A DNA stretch of 64,000 bases from Candidatus Latescibacterota bacterium (GTDB taxonomy: Bacteria > Latescibacterota > UBA2968 > GCA-2709665): positions 1 to 64,000 of the forward strand of contig CAXXXF010000013.1 of assembly GCA_963667175.2 (NCBI GenBank). The letters run 5' to 3'. The position numbers and the translations under genes were made by a program. Under the pieces are notes generated by a model. That model ran no database searches and was not told where the DNA came from. It saw only the letters and a program-made list of their open reading frames with translations. Positions 37,774 to 47,424 of the stretch are shown here, piece after piece (the first letter of the stretch is position 1; each line of letters starts with the position of its first letter).

Positions 37774-38490
37774 TTATTTCTTGAAGTAGAACCGGATGCC
37801 GCCCCGCGCGTTCAGGAATTGCATGGGAAAGGTCTGGCCTTCGAGGCCCCATGCCTCCATCGGCCTCAGCTCGCCGAGCAGCAGATTGTACCGCGCCCGC
37901 ACGTCCAGCGAGATGTTGTCGAACACGAACGCTTCCACGCCAACGCCCACGTTGGCGCCGAGCGCCGTTCTCGTATCGCTGAACGGCTCTATGACGAGCT
38001 CCTTGTCAAGAGGGGCCTCTCGCTGACCCGGAAAGATCAGGCCGCTTACGTCCGTCTTATAGTCGTAGAATCCCGCGCCGACGGTCACGTAGGTGGAATA
38101 CTTCTCCTTGGCCAGGATGCCTCCGCCTCCGCGTCTGACCACCGCGTTCACCAGAAAGCTGCTGATGCGCATCTCGCTCACCGCGTCCGGCGACTTATAG
38201 TCCCTGCCGTCTATGGGCCAGGTAAACGCCCGGTCTTCCAGGGCGCCGTTCTCGAATATGGACCGGTGAAATTCCATCTCCACGCTCGTGCGCGGACTCA
38301 TCACGTAGGTGAACACCACGCCGGCCTGGCCCCGGCCGGTTTCGTACCAGTCCTTCAGCTTGAAGATCGACCGGTTGTAGTCCAGGAACGTGCCGAGTCC
38401 CCAACTGCCGGCCACGCCGCCCCCGTAGACCGTTCCCGCCGAAAGCAGCAGCAACGCCGCAGCGAACCCTACCAATATGCCGTTACGCAT
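37774..38490 (-). CDS. Outer membrane beta-barrel protein (OmpA-like transmembrane domain)
   Basis: Signal peptide; alternating strands YVTVGAG, LGANVGVGVEAF, ISLDVRARY, GGIRFYF; GGAGG RBS. Confidence 0.75.
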   Translation of the reverse strand: MRNGILVGFAAALLLLSAGTVYGGGVAGSWGLGTFLDYNRSIFKLKDWYETGRGQAGVVFTYVMSPRTSVEMEFHRSIFENGALEDRAFTWPIDGRDYKSPDAVSEMRISSFLVNAVVRRGGGGILAKEKYSTYVTVGAGFYDYKTDVSGLIFPGQREAPLDKELVIEPFSDTRTALGANVGVGVEAFVFDNISLDVRARYNLLLGELRPMEAWGLEGQTFPMQFLNARGGIRFYFKK

Positions 38491-38682
38491 ATAAAACCTC
38501 CTCAATAATTCAGATTCCTGGTGCAACGTCCGGACGACCCGGCGCCAAATGCCAAACATACTGCGTGTCCCGTCGAACCATCACCTCCTTCGTGCAATTG
38601 TCTGTCGTGTACGCGCAATGGTTCAGGAAAAGGTGAGAACGGATACCGAATTATTCTCGATCGCAGGATTAGTACGAATCGC

Positions 38683-38711
38683 AATTAATGGACAAGGATC
38701 ATGGTTGTCAA
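38683..38711 (-). promoter_or_regulatory. Putative promoter of the TonB-receptor operon
   Basis: Minus strand TTGACA (38706-38711), 17 bp spacer, TTAATT, in an AT-rich intergenic region. Confidence 0.35.
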
Positions 38712-38939
38712 GTGCTTTTCATCCGGAATTCAAAAGAATCTAATAACCGTCTCCCGAACGCGCCGACCCCGGTGAGGCGAGCGATGCCGCTCATCCTGAA
38801 AGGAAAGGAAACTGTGTTACAGTAATGTCGCGGTTCGGTCACGAACGGTTAACAGTCCGTTGATAAAGTCGCTCTGCAGGCGAGGCCGAAACTTCGTTCC
38901 CTTCGCTTCCCTGAAGAAATCGAGAGCCGGCTGATGGCT

Positions 38940-39737
38940 TCAACCGTCGATATATCCCTGCAGAAGGCGTGCCGTTTCCGATGCGACCCGCGCGAGGTCA
39001 TGGTCCTTCGAATACGGTTCCAGGACGTTGACGTACCCTTCATATCCGATGGTTTTCAGATTCGATATGAATTGAGGTACGTCAAGATGGTCCTCTTCGC
39101 ACAGGTACACTCTGCGGAACGTCGGGGTGGTCTTCAGGTAATACCGGCGAATGGTCTGCTCGCCCTGGTACAATACGCCGCCCTGTACGTTGACGATGCG
39201 GAGCAGGTCTCTCACCTGTTCCAGGGTGGCCAGGCCGTAGTCCTGTTCGGCCATGTGGATATTCAACGGATCGACGTTCAGCCCGAGGTTCGGGCGGTCG
39301 ACCTTCCCGATGAAATCGCGGGCGCGTAGGATATCCTCGAACATGCTGTTGAAATGACAGGCGATGACCAGCACGATTTCCTGACGCGCCGCCAACTCGC
39401 ACCATTCACGGATCAATTCGATATCCGTTGGATACCCGATCATCAGCTGGTCCAGGCCGACCCTCGGCAGAAAGGCCAGCTTCTTCCTTGTCAGATCCGC
39501 GTCGAACGATGCGGAATCAAGCCTACCCCAGAGCATGCTGCAGCCCAGCCCGTGGTCACCGTAAAGTGCTTCCAACTCTTCGAAGCGTTCTTCCTTGATG
39601 AGGTGATCGATCTGCCCGTCCCTCAAATGCACGCCCTGATAACCAGCCCTGACCGTCAGCTGCAGGAATTCTTCCACCGTCATCGCGTAGGACCGCTTTG
39701 TCGTTTCAATCAGCCTGCCGGACAGGGAGAGTTTCAT
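38940..39737 (-). CDS. Sugar phosphate isomerase/epimerase (xylose isomerase-like TIM barrel)
   Basis: AGYQGVHL, VDRPNLGLNVDPLN, LKTIGYEGYVNVLE. Confidence 0.8.
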   Translation of the reverse strand: MKLSLSGRLIETTKRSYAMTVEEFLQLTVRAGYQGVHLRDGQIDHLIKEERFEELEALYGDHGLGCSMLWGRLDSASFDADLTRKKLAFLPRVGLDQLMIGYPTDIELIREWCELAARQEIVLVIACHFNSMFEDILRARDFIGKVDRPNLGLNVDPLNIHMAEQDYGLATLEQVRDLLRIVNVQGGVLYQGEQTIRRYYLKTTPTFRRVYLCEEDHLDVPQFISNLKTIGYEGYVNVLEPYSKDHDLARVASETARLLQGYIDG

Positions 39738-39762
39738 CAGGATCTCCTGAAAGGTACGGAAT

Positions 39763-40755
39763 TCAAAACGCATTTCTCACGGGGACGGGATTGCCGGTTT
39801 CGATGGACTCCGCGCCGGCGATGCACGTGGCCGCGGATTTCGCGCCGTCCCGCACGTCGATCATGGGTGTTTTGTCGTTCAGGATACAGTCCACGAAATG
39901 CGCCATCTCCTCGGCGAACGTGGGATGTTCGGCGAGAATGGTGATCGGCAGCCGGATGAAATCCTCCAACTCTTCGATTTTGCTGAGATACAGCCTGTCG
40001 TTGATGGCCGTTCCCCTGGTTCCGTAAATGGCCAGGTTCAGCTCGTACGGACGCTGGCAACCGAGAAAGGCGGCCATCTTGCCCATGCAGCCGTTCTCGA
40101 ATCGGAAATTCATCAGGTATGCATCGTCGTGGGGGAATTCCGCGAGCACCTTATGGTTGGATATTGCGAACACCTCCTCGATATCCCCCACGATCCATCG
40201 CAGGAGATCGATGGGGTGGACGCCGCCGCCCATCAGTCCGAAATGCGGATTCCGGTCGTCCACCCACCAGTCCTTGATCCGGTTCCCGATGTTGTGCAGA
40301 TAGTCCGCCTCGGCGTAGAAGGCCTCTCCCAGTTCTCCCTCGTCGTACATGCGCTTGATCGTCTTGCAGATGGGATTGAACCGCGCGCTCTGCCCCACCA
40401 TGAACTTCAACGAAGGTTTCACGTCGGCCGTCCGCACGATCCGCTCGCAGTCCTCCAAAGTGGTTGCCAGGGGTTTTTCGCAGATTACGTGTTTGTCCGC
40501 TTCCAGCGCGGCAACCGCCTGATCGGCGTGCGCGTAGTTGGGGCTGCACAGGGAGATGATATCGATATCGTCGCGTTCCAGCATCGACTCGAAGGTCGGG
40601 GAAAACAGGTCCATGGCGCCCGGAAAGAGATCCAGCCTGCGCACGCTCGGCGCCCAGGCCGCCCGCACGTCGGCATCCGGATGCTCATCGAACGCCGTGA
40701 AGTGTTCCCGGCCCGCGTGTCCGATCCCCACGATTCCCACGCCCAGTTTCTTCAT
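39763..40755 (-). CDS. Gfo/Idh/MocA family oxidoreductase
   Basis: VGIVGIGHAG, SPNYAH, KHVICEKPLA, GVHPIDLLRW. Confidence 0.92.
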   Translation of the reverse strand: MKKLGVGIVGIGHAGREHFTAFDEHPDADVRAAWAPSVRRLDLFPGAMDLFSPTFESMLERDDIDIISLCSPNYAHADQAVAALEADKHVICEKPLATTLEDCERIVRTADVKPSLKFMVGQSARFNPICKTIKRMYDEGELGEAFYAEADYLHNIGNRIKDWWVDDRNPHFGLMGGGVHPIDLLRWIVGDIEEVFAISNHKVLAEFPHDDAYLMNFRFENGCMGKMAAFLGCQRPYELNLAIYGTRGTAINDRLYLSKIEELEDFIRLPITILAEHPTFAEEMAHFVDCILNDKTPMIDVRDGAKSAATCIAGAESIETGNPVPVRNAF

Positions 40756-40828
40756 TACAAGACCTCCCCGGCGGGTCCCGCGGTCCGGCAACGGTCCCGC
40801 CGTGATTCTTCCCGTGTCGACGCCCGGG

Positions 40829-41674
40829 TCACCGTTCGACTTCATCCAGCAAAGCCAGAAGATTGGCGCCCTCGATCCGCTTCCGGTTCGCGTCGTTCAG
40901 GAACGGCATCTTGGAAAACAGGTCGTACGTCTGTGGAAACGTCAGCCAGTCGAGGCAGGGTGAATAGTCCGATGCCCAGAGCAACCGCTCGACGCCGTAG
41001 GCATCCAGCAGGGCCTCCACGTAGGGCCACGCCGCGCGGTGCGGATAGTCGTGGCCCGGATCGGTCAGCGCGTAGAAGCCGCTCAGCTTGACCCGCGCCT
41101 GGGGATACCCGGACAGCGCCAGCACGCTGGCCATGGCCTCCCTGGCGCCGGCGGCGTCGGGCGCTTCGGCCTGTTTCGGGGGCAGACCCAGGTGGGAGAC
41201 GACGAGGCGCAACTCCGGATGGCGCGTGAGGACCTCCTGCCAGGCGTTCCAATCGTCCCCCTTTGAATTGACGCTTACGAGCCAGCGCTTCGAAACCAGC
41301 CAGCTCCATACCTCGTCCGATATGCGCAGGAGCGCGTCCACGCGATCCTGTCCGAATATATAGAAGCTCACCCCCACGAATCCGTCTGCCTGCAGTCGCG
41401 TCAACTCCTCCGTCGTCGGGGGCGCCGATGCATCGAAATAGGCCGCGGGATGGACCCAGTCGTACTGTTTCACCATTTGTGTCAGATAGCGGGTATTTTC
41501 CGCGGCCCACGGAACGTCCGCGTACCCGACGATCAGCGCGGCCTCTACCCCGTGGTCTTTCGCCAGCGACGCGTAAACCACGGCTTCGTCGACGGGCCGG
41601 CCAAATCGCTTCATCAAGGAATCCTGATAGCCTCCCTCGAACAGATGGATATGCGCGTCGGCTCGTTCGGACAT
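40829..41674 (-). CDS. Amidohydrolase_2 family protein (lactonase-like)
   Basis: DAHIHLF, VVSHLG, VKLSG, RLLWASDY. Confidence 0.88.
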   Translation of the reverse strand: MSERADAHIHLFEGGYQDSLMKRFGRPVDEAVVYASLAKDHGVEAALIVGYADVPWAAENTRYLTQMVKQYDWVHPAAYFDASAPPTTEELTRLQADGFVGVSFYIFGQDRVDALLRISDEVWSWLVSKRWLVSVNSKGDDWNAWQEVLTRHPELRLVVSHLGLPPKQAEAPDAAGAREAMASVLALSGYPQARVKLSGFYALTDPGHDYPHRAAWPYVEALLDAYGVERLLWASDYSPCLDWLTFPQTYDLFSKMPFLNDANRKRIEGANLLALLDEVER

Positions 41675-41725
41675 CGATTCCTCCTTGGATTTAGGGGAGA
41701 AACTTTAAGCCTCCTTCAAAAGTCG

Positions 41726-41897
41726 GGTAGACGTTAGACGGGAGACGGGAGAGATTGTCTGCCCCGTGTAGTTTCACTTCTTGCCAGCGGCATTAAGGTA
41801 GAATCAATCGGGCAAGGACGTCATCTACCGTCTCCCGTCTTACGTCTTACCGCTTTCAGGTTTTTCTTCTTCCTTCCTCCTTCTTCCTTCTTCCTTT
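41726..41897. repeat. Inverted pair of AGACGGG-type short repeats plus a TTCTTCC tandem tract
   Basis: GGTAGACGTTAGACGGGAGACGG (41726-41748) versus CCGTCTCCCGTCTTACGTCTTACC (41828-41851); TTCTTCC-like units at 41864-41897. Confidence 0.6.
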
Positions 41898-41909
41898 TAT
41901 CTTCTCACG

Positions 41910-43925
41910 TTACTCCCAGCGCAGCTCAACCGCCAGATAGTCCTGGTCGCCCGGCATGTTGACCGGCAACCGGACGACCTGTCCGTCGACCGTCGCGGAG
42001 GCCATCAGGTCCTCGCACGAAAAAATATCCACAAGCGTCGTGGCAGCGGCGCCTCCCGGCGCCCGCATCACCAGATTGGTCTCGTATGCCAGACCGAGAT
42101 AGTTGAAAATCAGACAGACGAGACACCCGTCTCCCAGCATCGGAAACATCTCCATCGTGGGTACGTCCCGCCGGTCCCATGGGCGAAGGTCTCCATAGTC
42201 GTTCCTGGGAGGATAGGGCCACAGCCTGGCCGCCGGCGCGTCCGCGGACAACCAGGACAGCGCGTTCCGCAACAGCGTCATCCCGCCCGTGGGCGTTCGT
42301 ACGGCTCCGTGATCGCCGGGTTCCACGTAGTTGAACAGGGGCGTTCCGGCCAGCCAGACCTCCCGACCGTCCGGGGACTCGCGCGCGATGAGCGCCGGAC
42401 GACCGTCAATTTCGGCAATCGTTTCTCCTTCCAGACCCGATTCCAGAAATCCCGATCCCAGCATGATGGGCGCATCGATGCCCTCCAGCAGCGGGTGTTC
42501 GGAGACGACCGGCTTCAACTCCGAAAGCCCCGCCTCGGCGCCGGACGGCGGCGGAAAGGCGCCTTCGCCGGGCCAGTTCCCGAGCGGCGTTCGCCCCACC
42601 CGGAGCAGGCCGTTGCCGCCCTTCGCGTGCGCGTCCAGCACGGCGCGCTGTTCCCGCGTCAGACAATGGGTCTCCGGCAGAATCACGGGGCCGCTCAGCG
42701 CCTCTTCCGCGTCCGAAAGCCGCCCGTCGAAGACCCATCGCCAGGGCAGCCCCACCTGATTCATCACGTCCGGCCATACGGCCAGGGTATCGCGGCCCCA
42801 GCGCCGGTCGGGATACCCGTAGATTTCCGTCTGAGAGGGCTTGATCAGCGTGGCGGCGCTGTAGGGCCGGGTCTTCTCGAAGTACGGAATCAGCCGCTTT
42901 GCCTCTTGCAGCCCTTCGTAGTAGCCCGGGATGATCTGACACAGTTCGAACGTATAGGGCGAGATATTCTCCGCGCCCAGCGCGAACGGAACGGACCCGG
43001 CCATGAATCCGTCCCGGCGCGTCAACTCCAGGCTCCCCGACGGCGGCATGAATCCCTGGGGATAGATGAACAGGGAACGTCCGACGGTCGCTCCGGCCAG
43101 CGCGCGCGTCGCCTCCGCCTGAATGCGGCGCATGGGACGATAGGTAAAGTGGGAGTAGTGGATGTGGTGGTACGGGTCGGTACACAGGACGTCCATGGCC
43201 TCCGCGTCGCGGGACAGATCGATCCCGGACAGCCAGGGGTTGTCGTTGAACGTCACGACCTTCGGCGAATGCTGGATGCCCACCACGACGTCGGGCCGCG
43301 CCTCCTTGATTTCCGCGCGAAAACAGGCGTGTACCCCGGTCCAGGCGTCCATGCGATGCCGCACCCACCGCCACCATGCCGGGGACGCCCAGTCGACCTC
43401 CCGGGGCGGTGGTTCGCCGGTATCGCGTTCGTATTCCGCGACACAGTGTTTGCAATAGCAGCCCACGTCTCCGTTTGAGAACCCGATCTCGGCCTCGTCG
43501 TTGAGATGGATTTCCCGAACCGACGGCAGCCGGATCACCCTGTGAATCATGTCCATGTATTCCGCCTTGTTCTCAGGCTGGAACGGACAGAGCCAACGGG
43601 TTCTCACGATGTTGTCGCTGTCCAGGGCCGTGCCGCTTCCCCCGACGCACACCAGGCTGCGTTCCGGATGAGTCCGCAGAAACGTCTCGCGATACTTCAT
43701 GTATCCTGTAAACACGATGACGCCCAGATCGAATTCCTCGCACCACTCAGCCAGCCGGCACACCTTCTCCCACGTGTACCCCTGTCCGGTCATTTTGTCG
43801 TCGTCGGGTTTCAGTCCCAGTCCGACGTCGCTAAACCCTTCCTCGCTGACCCACTTGACGTAGTCCCGGGAATAACTTGCGCTCTCGAAGTGCAGCATCG
43901 CCGTCCGTCGAATGGTCCTTTTCAT
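41910..43925 (-). CDS. Putative glycoside hydrolase (GH42-like features), copy B
   Basis: Same length as 16598-18613 with shared motifs: WLCPFQP, IHLNDEA, CYCKHC, TDPYH, RPWDRRDVPTME. Confidence 0.55.
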   Translation of the reverse strand: MKRTIRRTAMLHFESASYSRDYVKWVSEEGFSDVGLGLKPDDDKMTGQGYTWEKVCRLAEWCEEFDLGVIVFTGYMKYRETFLRTHPERSLVCVGGSGTALDSDNIVRTRWLCPFQPENKAEYMDMIHRVIRLPSVREIHLNDEAEIGFSNGDVGCYCKHCVAEYERDTGEPPPREVDWASPAWWRWVRHRMDAWTGVHACFRAEIKEARPDVVVGIQHSPKVVTFNDNPWLSGIDLSRDAEAMDVLCTDPYHHIHYSHFTYRPMRRIQAEATRALAGATVGRSLFIYPQGFMPPSGSLELTRRDGFMAGSVPFALGAENISPYTFELCQIIPGYYEGLQEAKRLIPYFEKTRPYSAATLIKPSQTEIYGYPDRRWGRDTLAVWPDVMNQVGLPWRWVFDGRLSDAEEALSGPVILPETHCLTREQRAVLDAHAKGGNGLLRVGRTPLGNWPGEGAFPPPSGAEAGLSELKPVVSEHPLLEGIDAPIMLGSGFLESGLEGETIAEIDGRPALIARESPDGREVWLAGTPLFNYVEPGDHGAVRTPTGGMTLLRNALSWLSADAPAARLWPYPPRNDYGDLRPWDRRDVPTMEMFPMLGDGCLVCLIFNYLGLAYETNLVMRAPGGAAATTLVDIFSCEDLMASATVDGQVVRLPVNMPGDQDYLAVELRWE

Positions 43926-43940
43926 CCTTACCCTTTCCGA

Positions 43941-44909
43941 TTAATAAAGGGTTGTCTTCTCAACCCGGACGGGTATGGCGCTGGTCCAGGCCCGGCGCCC
44001 GGTTGCGTCCTCCACGCACGCGAATACCCAGTCCCGCATGCGGTAACCTTCCACCGTCAGGTCGACCTCGAACCGTTTCAGAGGCGCCGCCGACTGTACG
44101 CTGCGGACCCCGAACCCCTTCGACCGCACGTGACACGCCGTGCAGGGGCTGCATTCCACGACGACCGCGCCCCGTGTTTCGATGCGGAAATCGCGAATTT
44201 CAGGCCCCTCGCTGGCGTACGTCCGGTGCGCGCGAATCCCCTCAAGAATTCCCTCGACTCCCGGTCGCCGTACGAGCACCCCGGTCCAGGTCCGCCCCGT
44301 CACGTCCGCGTCCTCCAGCACGATCGCATCGTCAACGCCGATCGCGGCCAGGCGGACCCCTGCGTTGAAGAGCATCTGCCAGAGTTCCTCCGAACGCTCC
44401 TTGCCGTTGATCTGCCACGTCAGCCTGTTGCTCACCTCGAACCCGACGATCCCGGACTTCGCCAGGGCATACGCTTTCTCCCAGGGATAGTCACTCCATG
44501 CGGGATGCGCCAGCACCGCCAGTCCGCCCAGAGCCTCGGTGTCCCGAACCAGGCGGGAGACGTCTTCCAGCGTGCCGTCAAGCGGCCGGGGCAGATGCCG
44601 GAGGCCCAGGCAGATAATGTGGGTCAGATCGTCCCCGTCAGGGCAGAACATCTCCGCCCCGGGCACGGGCGTGAAAGCGCGCGACGACTCCGGCATCGGC
44701 GTGATGCTGAGATAGTCCGTTGTCGCAAGAAAATCGAACCCCAGGTTCCTGTAGTGCTCGCAGACTTCGCGGGACTCTCCCATCTGCGCCACGTGGGAAT
44801 GCAGGCCGCCCCGAAGCCAGCGACCCCCGCCTTCGAACGGGTTGTCGACCTCTATCCTCAGCCGGATGGGTCCCCGCTTGTCCCGTCCTTCGATCTCGAA
44901 CGTCTTCAT
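43941..44909 (-). CDS. PHP-domain (CehA/McbA-like) metallohydrolase
   Basis: WLRGGLHSH, GFDFLATTD, VLAHPAWS, GFEVSN, RTYASEGP. Confidence 0.75.
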   Translation of the reverse strand: MKTFEIEGRDKRGPIRLRIEVDNPFEGGGRWLRGGLHSHVAQMGESREVCEHYRNLGFDFLATTDYLSITPMPESSRAFTPVPGAEMFCPDGDDLTHIICLGLRHLPRPLDGTLEDVSRLVRDTEALGGLAVLAHPAWSDYPWEKAYALAKSGIVGFEVSNRLTWQINGKERSEELWQMLFNAGVRLAAIGVDDAIVLEDADVTGRTWTGVLVRRPGVEGILEGIRAHRTYASEGPEIRDFRIETRGAVVVECSPCTACHVRSKGFGVRSVQSAAPLKRFEVDLTVEGYRMRDWVFACVEDATGRRAWTSAIPVRVEKTTLY

Positions 44910-44928
44910 CTCCCGCTCCGTCCGCCGG

Positions 44929-45978
44929 TCAAGTTGAGAATTCCGTCCGCAGCGGCGCCTTCCTCTCGGCCCTGTCGTACCATCCCCGGGGCGCGTAATC
45001 GTCCATGTGGAGATAGCACCTGATATTGACCTCCGAAGCCCCGTCCGAGAACGTGAAGAGCCGGCTCATCGATATGTTCTTCTTTCCGTGATATCGCGAA
45101 ATCGCCGCCACGTTGACGAAGGTCACCCCCCATTTCCGCTCCACGTGGGACCGCCCGCCATACGTGTCGTCCGGATTCGTGTGGGTATGCCCGCCCAGCC
45201 AGAGGTCGATGGCGCCCGGATGCGCTTCAAGATAGGACTCGAATGCCCCGGCATCCGGCTTCCCGCCGACGAAATAGAGATACGACGCGCCAACGGGGGC
45301 GCCCGCTTCGAACCGGCCGTGATATCCTCCGTCCACGCCCTCCCATGGTCCGGACGCCACCGTCGTGTCCCGCAGCATGTGGTGGTGCGCCGTTACGATG
45401 ATCCTGTCCTGGTTCGCCTCTACCTTTTCTTTCCACCACTCGAACGTCTCCCGCGTCACCGCGCCGGCCGGAAACCCGCCTCTGGCGGCCCGACCCACCG
45501 GGGGTCCGCCGTCGTTCCGGTCTCCCATCGCGAGAAACAGGATATTCCCGACCTGAAACGAATACCGCTCCCAGGTCCCCTCGATCGGATACGGCCGCCT
45601 GCCGGCGTGGACGTTGGAATACGCGGTGTTCTCGCCTGTGGGGTCCACCCATTTCCGAAACCACCACTGGCAGGGCTCGTCCGGGCCGCTGGCGTCGTGG
45701 TTGCCCACGATATTGTAGAAATCCTCCCGGGGATGACGGGTCGACGCGCTGTACTGCCGGACGACCTCTTTTCCTTCCTCGTCGTCCGGCGGCGTCTGCG
45801 AACCGGACAGGTCCCCGATATCGAGCATAATGTCCCACTCGAACGGCGGTCCGCCTTCCGAACCGCCGTTTTCGGCCTGGAGAATGGCCTCGGCCAGGCT
45901 GCGCCGATTCGCCGCCGCCAGGTCCGTGCCCACGTGCGCGTCGCCTCCCGCCCACAGTTTGAACGTTCGCGCACTCAC
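44929..45978 (-). CDS. Calcineurin-like metallophosphoesterase
   Basis: DAH, GD, GNHD, HH and GHTH metal-binding motifs. Confidence 0.85.
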   Translation of the reverse strand: MSARTFKLWAGGDAHVGTDLAAANRRSLAEAILQAENGGSEGGPPFEWDIMLDIGDLSGSQTPPDDEEGKEVVRQYSASTRHPREDFYNIVGNHDASGPDEPCQWWFRKWVDPTGENTAYSNVHAGRRPYPIEGTWERYSFQVGNILFLAMGDRNDGGPPVGRAARGGFPAGAVTRETFEWWKEKVEANQDRIIVTAHHHMLRDTTVASGPWEGVDGGYHGRFEAGAPVGASYLYFVGGKPDAGAFESYLEAHPGAIDLWLGGHTHTNPDDTYGGRSHVERKWGVTFVNVAAISRYHGKKNISMSRLFTFSDGASEVNIRCYLHMDDYAPRGWYDRAERKAPLRTEFST

Positions 45979-45985
45979 GCCATCC

Positions 45986-47401
45986 TCACTTCGCGGTATA
46001 GTTTGAGATCAGGGGGCAGCGGTCCCCGTGCATGGCGAGCATTGCCAGCCTCGCCAGCCCGTGCAGCAGGTCTCCCGGGACCATCTGGGACTCGTACCAG
46101 TCGATACCCGCCGCGCCCCGTACGAGATCCCGATCCATATAGATGGAAACCAGCTTCCGGGCCAGTTCAAACCCCTGTTCCAGCCAGAGGGAATCGCCAG
46201 TCAAATCGTAGAGGTCCGCCAGCAACTCCACCGCCTGTCCGCCATCCATCGACGGGATCGGCACGCCTTCGGGGAAGGGGGTCTTCAGGTGCCAGCGTCC
46301 GGCAAGTTCCGCCCACTTCAGCAGCCGTTCGTCCTCCGTCAGCCTGTAGATGCACAGGGCGATCAGCGCCACGTAAGCAAACGGCCAATTTCCGTATACG
46401 CTTCCCCAGACGGGGTTCGTGCTCACGACCTCATTCGTCTCACGCCGGCAGGCGGCCACGAAGACGCCCGCGTCCGGATCATGTGGGGCGGACAGAAAGC
46501 CTTCGATATACACGCCGGCGCGCTTCCGCATCCGATCGGTCAGATCGGGGGCGCTTCCGTCGAGCAGTTCGGCGGCTTCCAACAGGCTGGCCGCAAGGGA
46601 GACCGTCTGCGGCGGGGTGTTCGCGTTGTGCATCGGCGCCGGCGCTTGAGGTCCCCTCGACGTGGACAGCAGCAGACCGGCGGCGTCCCGGCGAGGCCAC
46701 CAGTAGTCCAGCATGATCTCGATCTGCCTCAGGAAGTCCGCGCGCGACGACTTCACGAAGGCAAACGACCAATCCAGAATGTAGAACCCGCCGTGCCGCG
46801 GAAAATCCGAAGACGCCGGCCCGCGTTCGAGGCGCTCTTTGCGCTCGATATGGGCGTGACGGATGTATTCCCTCGGCGCCCCGTCCTTGTAGTGGTAGTC
46901 CAGTCCTTCGGCAAACCGCTCGACGCACCCGGGATTGAATCCATACAGCTTTTCCCACAGCCAGACCGGCGCCTGCCGCAGATGGTCGTGCAGCGTGGTC
47001 CCCGGTGCCTTCTCCGGAAGCGCCAGCCGATGGCTGTCGCCCACCCGGTCCTCTTGAAGGTGCCAGTACGCGTGCTCGCCCCACGGGAACAGGCCGGTAA
47101 CCGTGTCCGTGCAATGGGTCGCAAACCGGCGCAGGTATCGGTCAGCCGCGTCCCGGTACCCGTCGCGGTCCAGGGCGTACATGATCTTGAGCACGTGCTG
47201 GTCGTGCATGAGATTGCTGCCGAGGAAGGCGCGGTCGCCCATGCGCTGTCCGTGAATCGGCGGCGGCAGTTCCGTCAACATCCGGTGCGTTTCCAGATCC
47301 AGCATGGATGGAAACAGACCGCTGTAGGGCTTTCCCGCCTCAATCAGCACGTCGATCGAATCGCAGACCTTGTTCAGAACGGCTTCAGGCGTCATGGTCA
47401 C
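45986..47401 (-). CDS. Hypothetical alpha/alpha-toroid protein, weakly PL2 pectate-lyase-like
   Basis: Helical protein with TGLFPWGEHAYW, DFPRHGG, LYDLTGD motifs; family assignment tentative. Confidence 0.45.
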   Translation of the reverse strand: MTMTPEAVLNKVCDSIDVLIEAGKPYSGLFPSMLDLETHRMLTELPPPIHGQRMGDRAFLGSNLMHDQHVLKIMYALDRDGYRDAADRYLRRFATHCTDTVTGLFPWGEHAYWHLQEDRVGDSHRLALPEKAPGTTLHDHLRQAPVWLWEKLYGFNPGCVERFAEGLDYHYKDGAPREYIRHAHIERKERLERGPASSDFPRHGGFYILDWSFAFVKSSRADFLRQIEIMLDYWWPRRDAAGLLLSTSRGPQAPAPMHNANTPPQTVSLAASLLEAAELLDGSAPDLTDRMRKRAGVYIEGFLSAPHDPDAGVFVAACRRETNEVVSTNPVWGSVYGNWPFAYVALIALCIYRLTEDERLLKWAELAGRWHLKTPFPEGVPIPSMDGGQAVELLADLYDLTGDSLWLEQGFELARKLVSIYMDRDLVRGAAGIDWYESQMVPGDLLHGLARLAMLAMHGDRCPLISNYTAK

Positions 47402-47424
47402 AATAAATCCACAAGACGGAACTC

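Noticed and set aside
34849-38508. 1219-aa plus-strand ORF and similar long antisense ORFs (e.g. 16931-19093, 20947-22611, 9455-10990, 46028-47773)
   Set aside because: Shadow ORFs opposite well-supported genes, expected in high-GC DNA; no motifs.
38880-38930. GAAAC...CTGAAGA as a second hammerhead ribozyme
   Set aside because: The required stems I and II cannot form.
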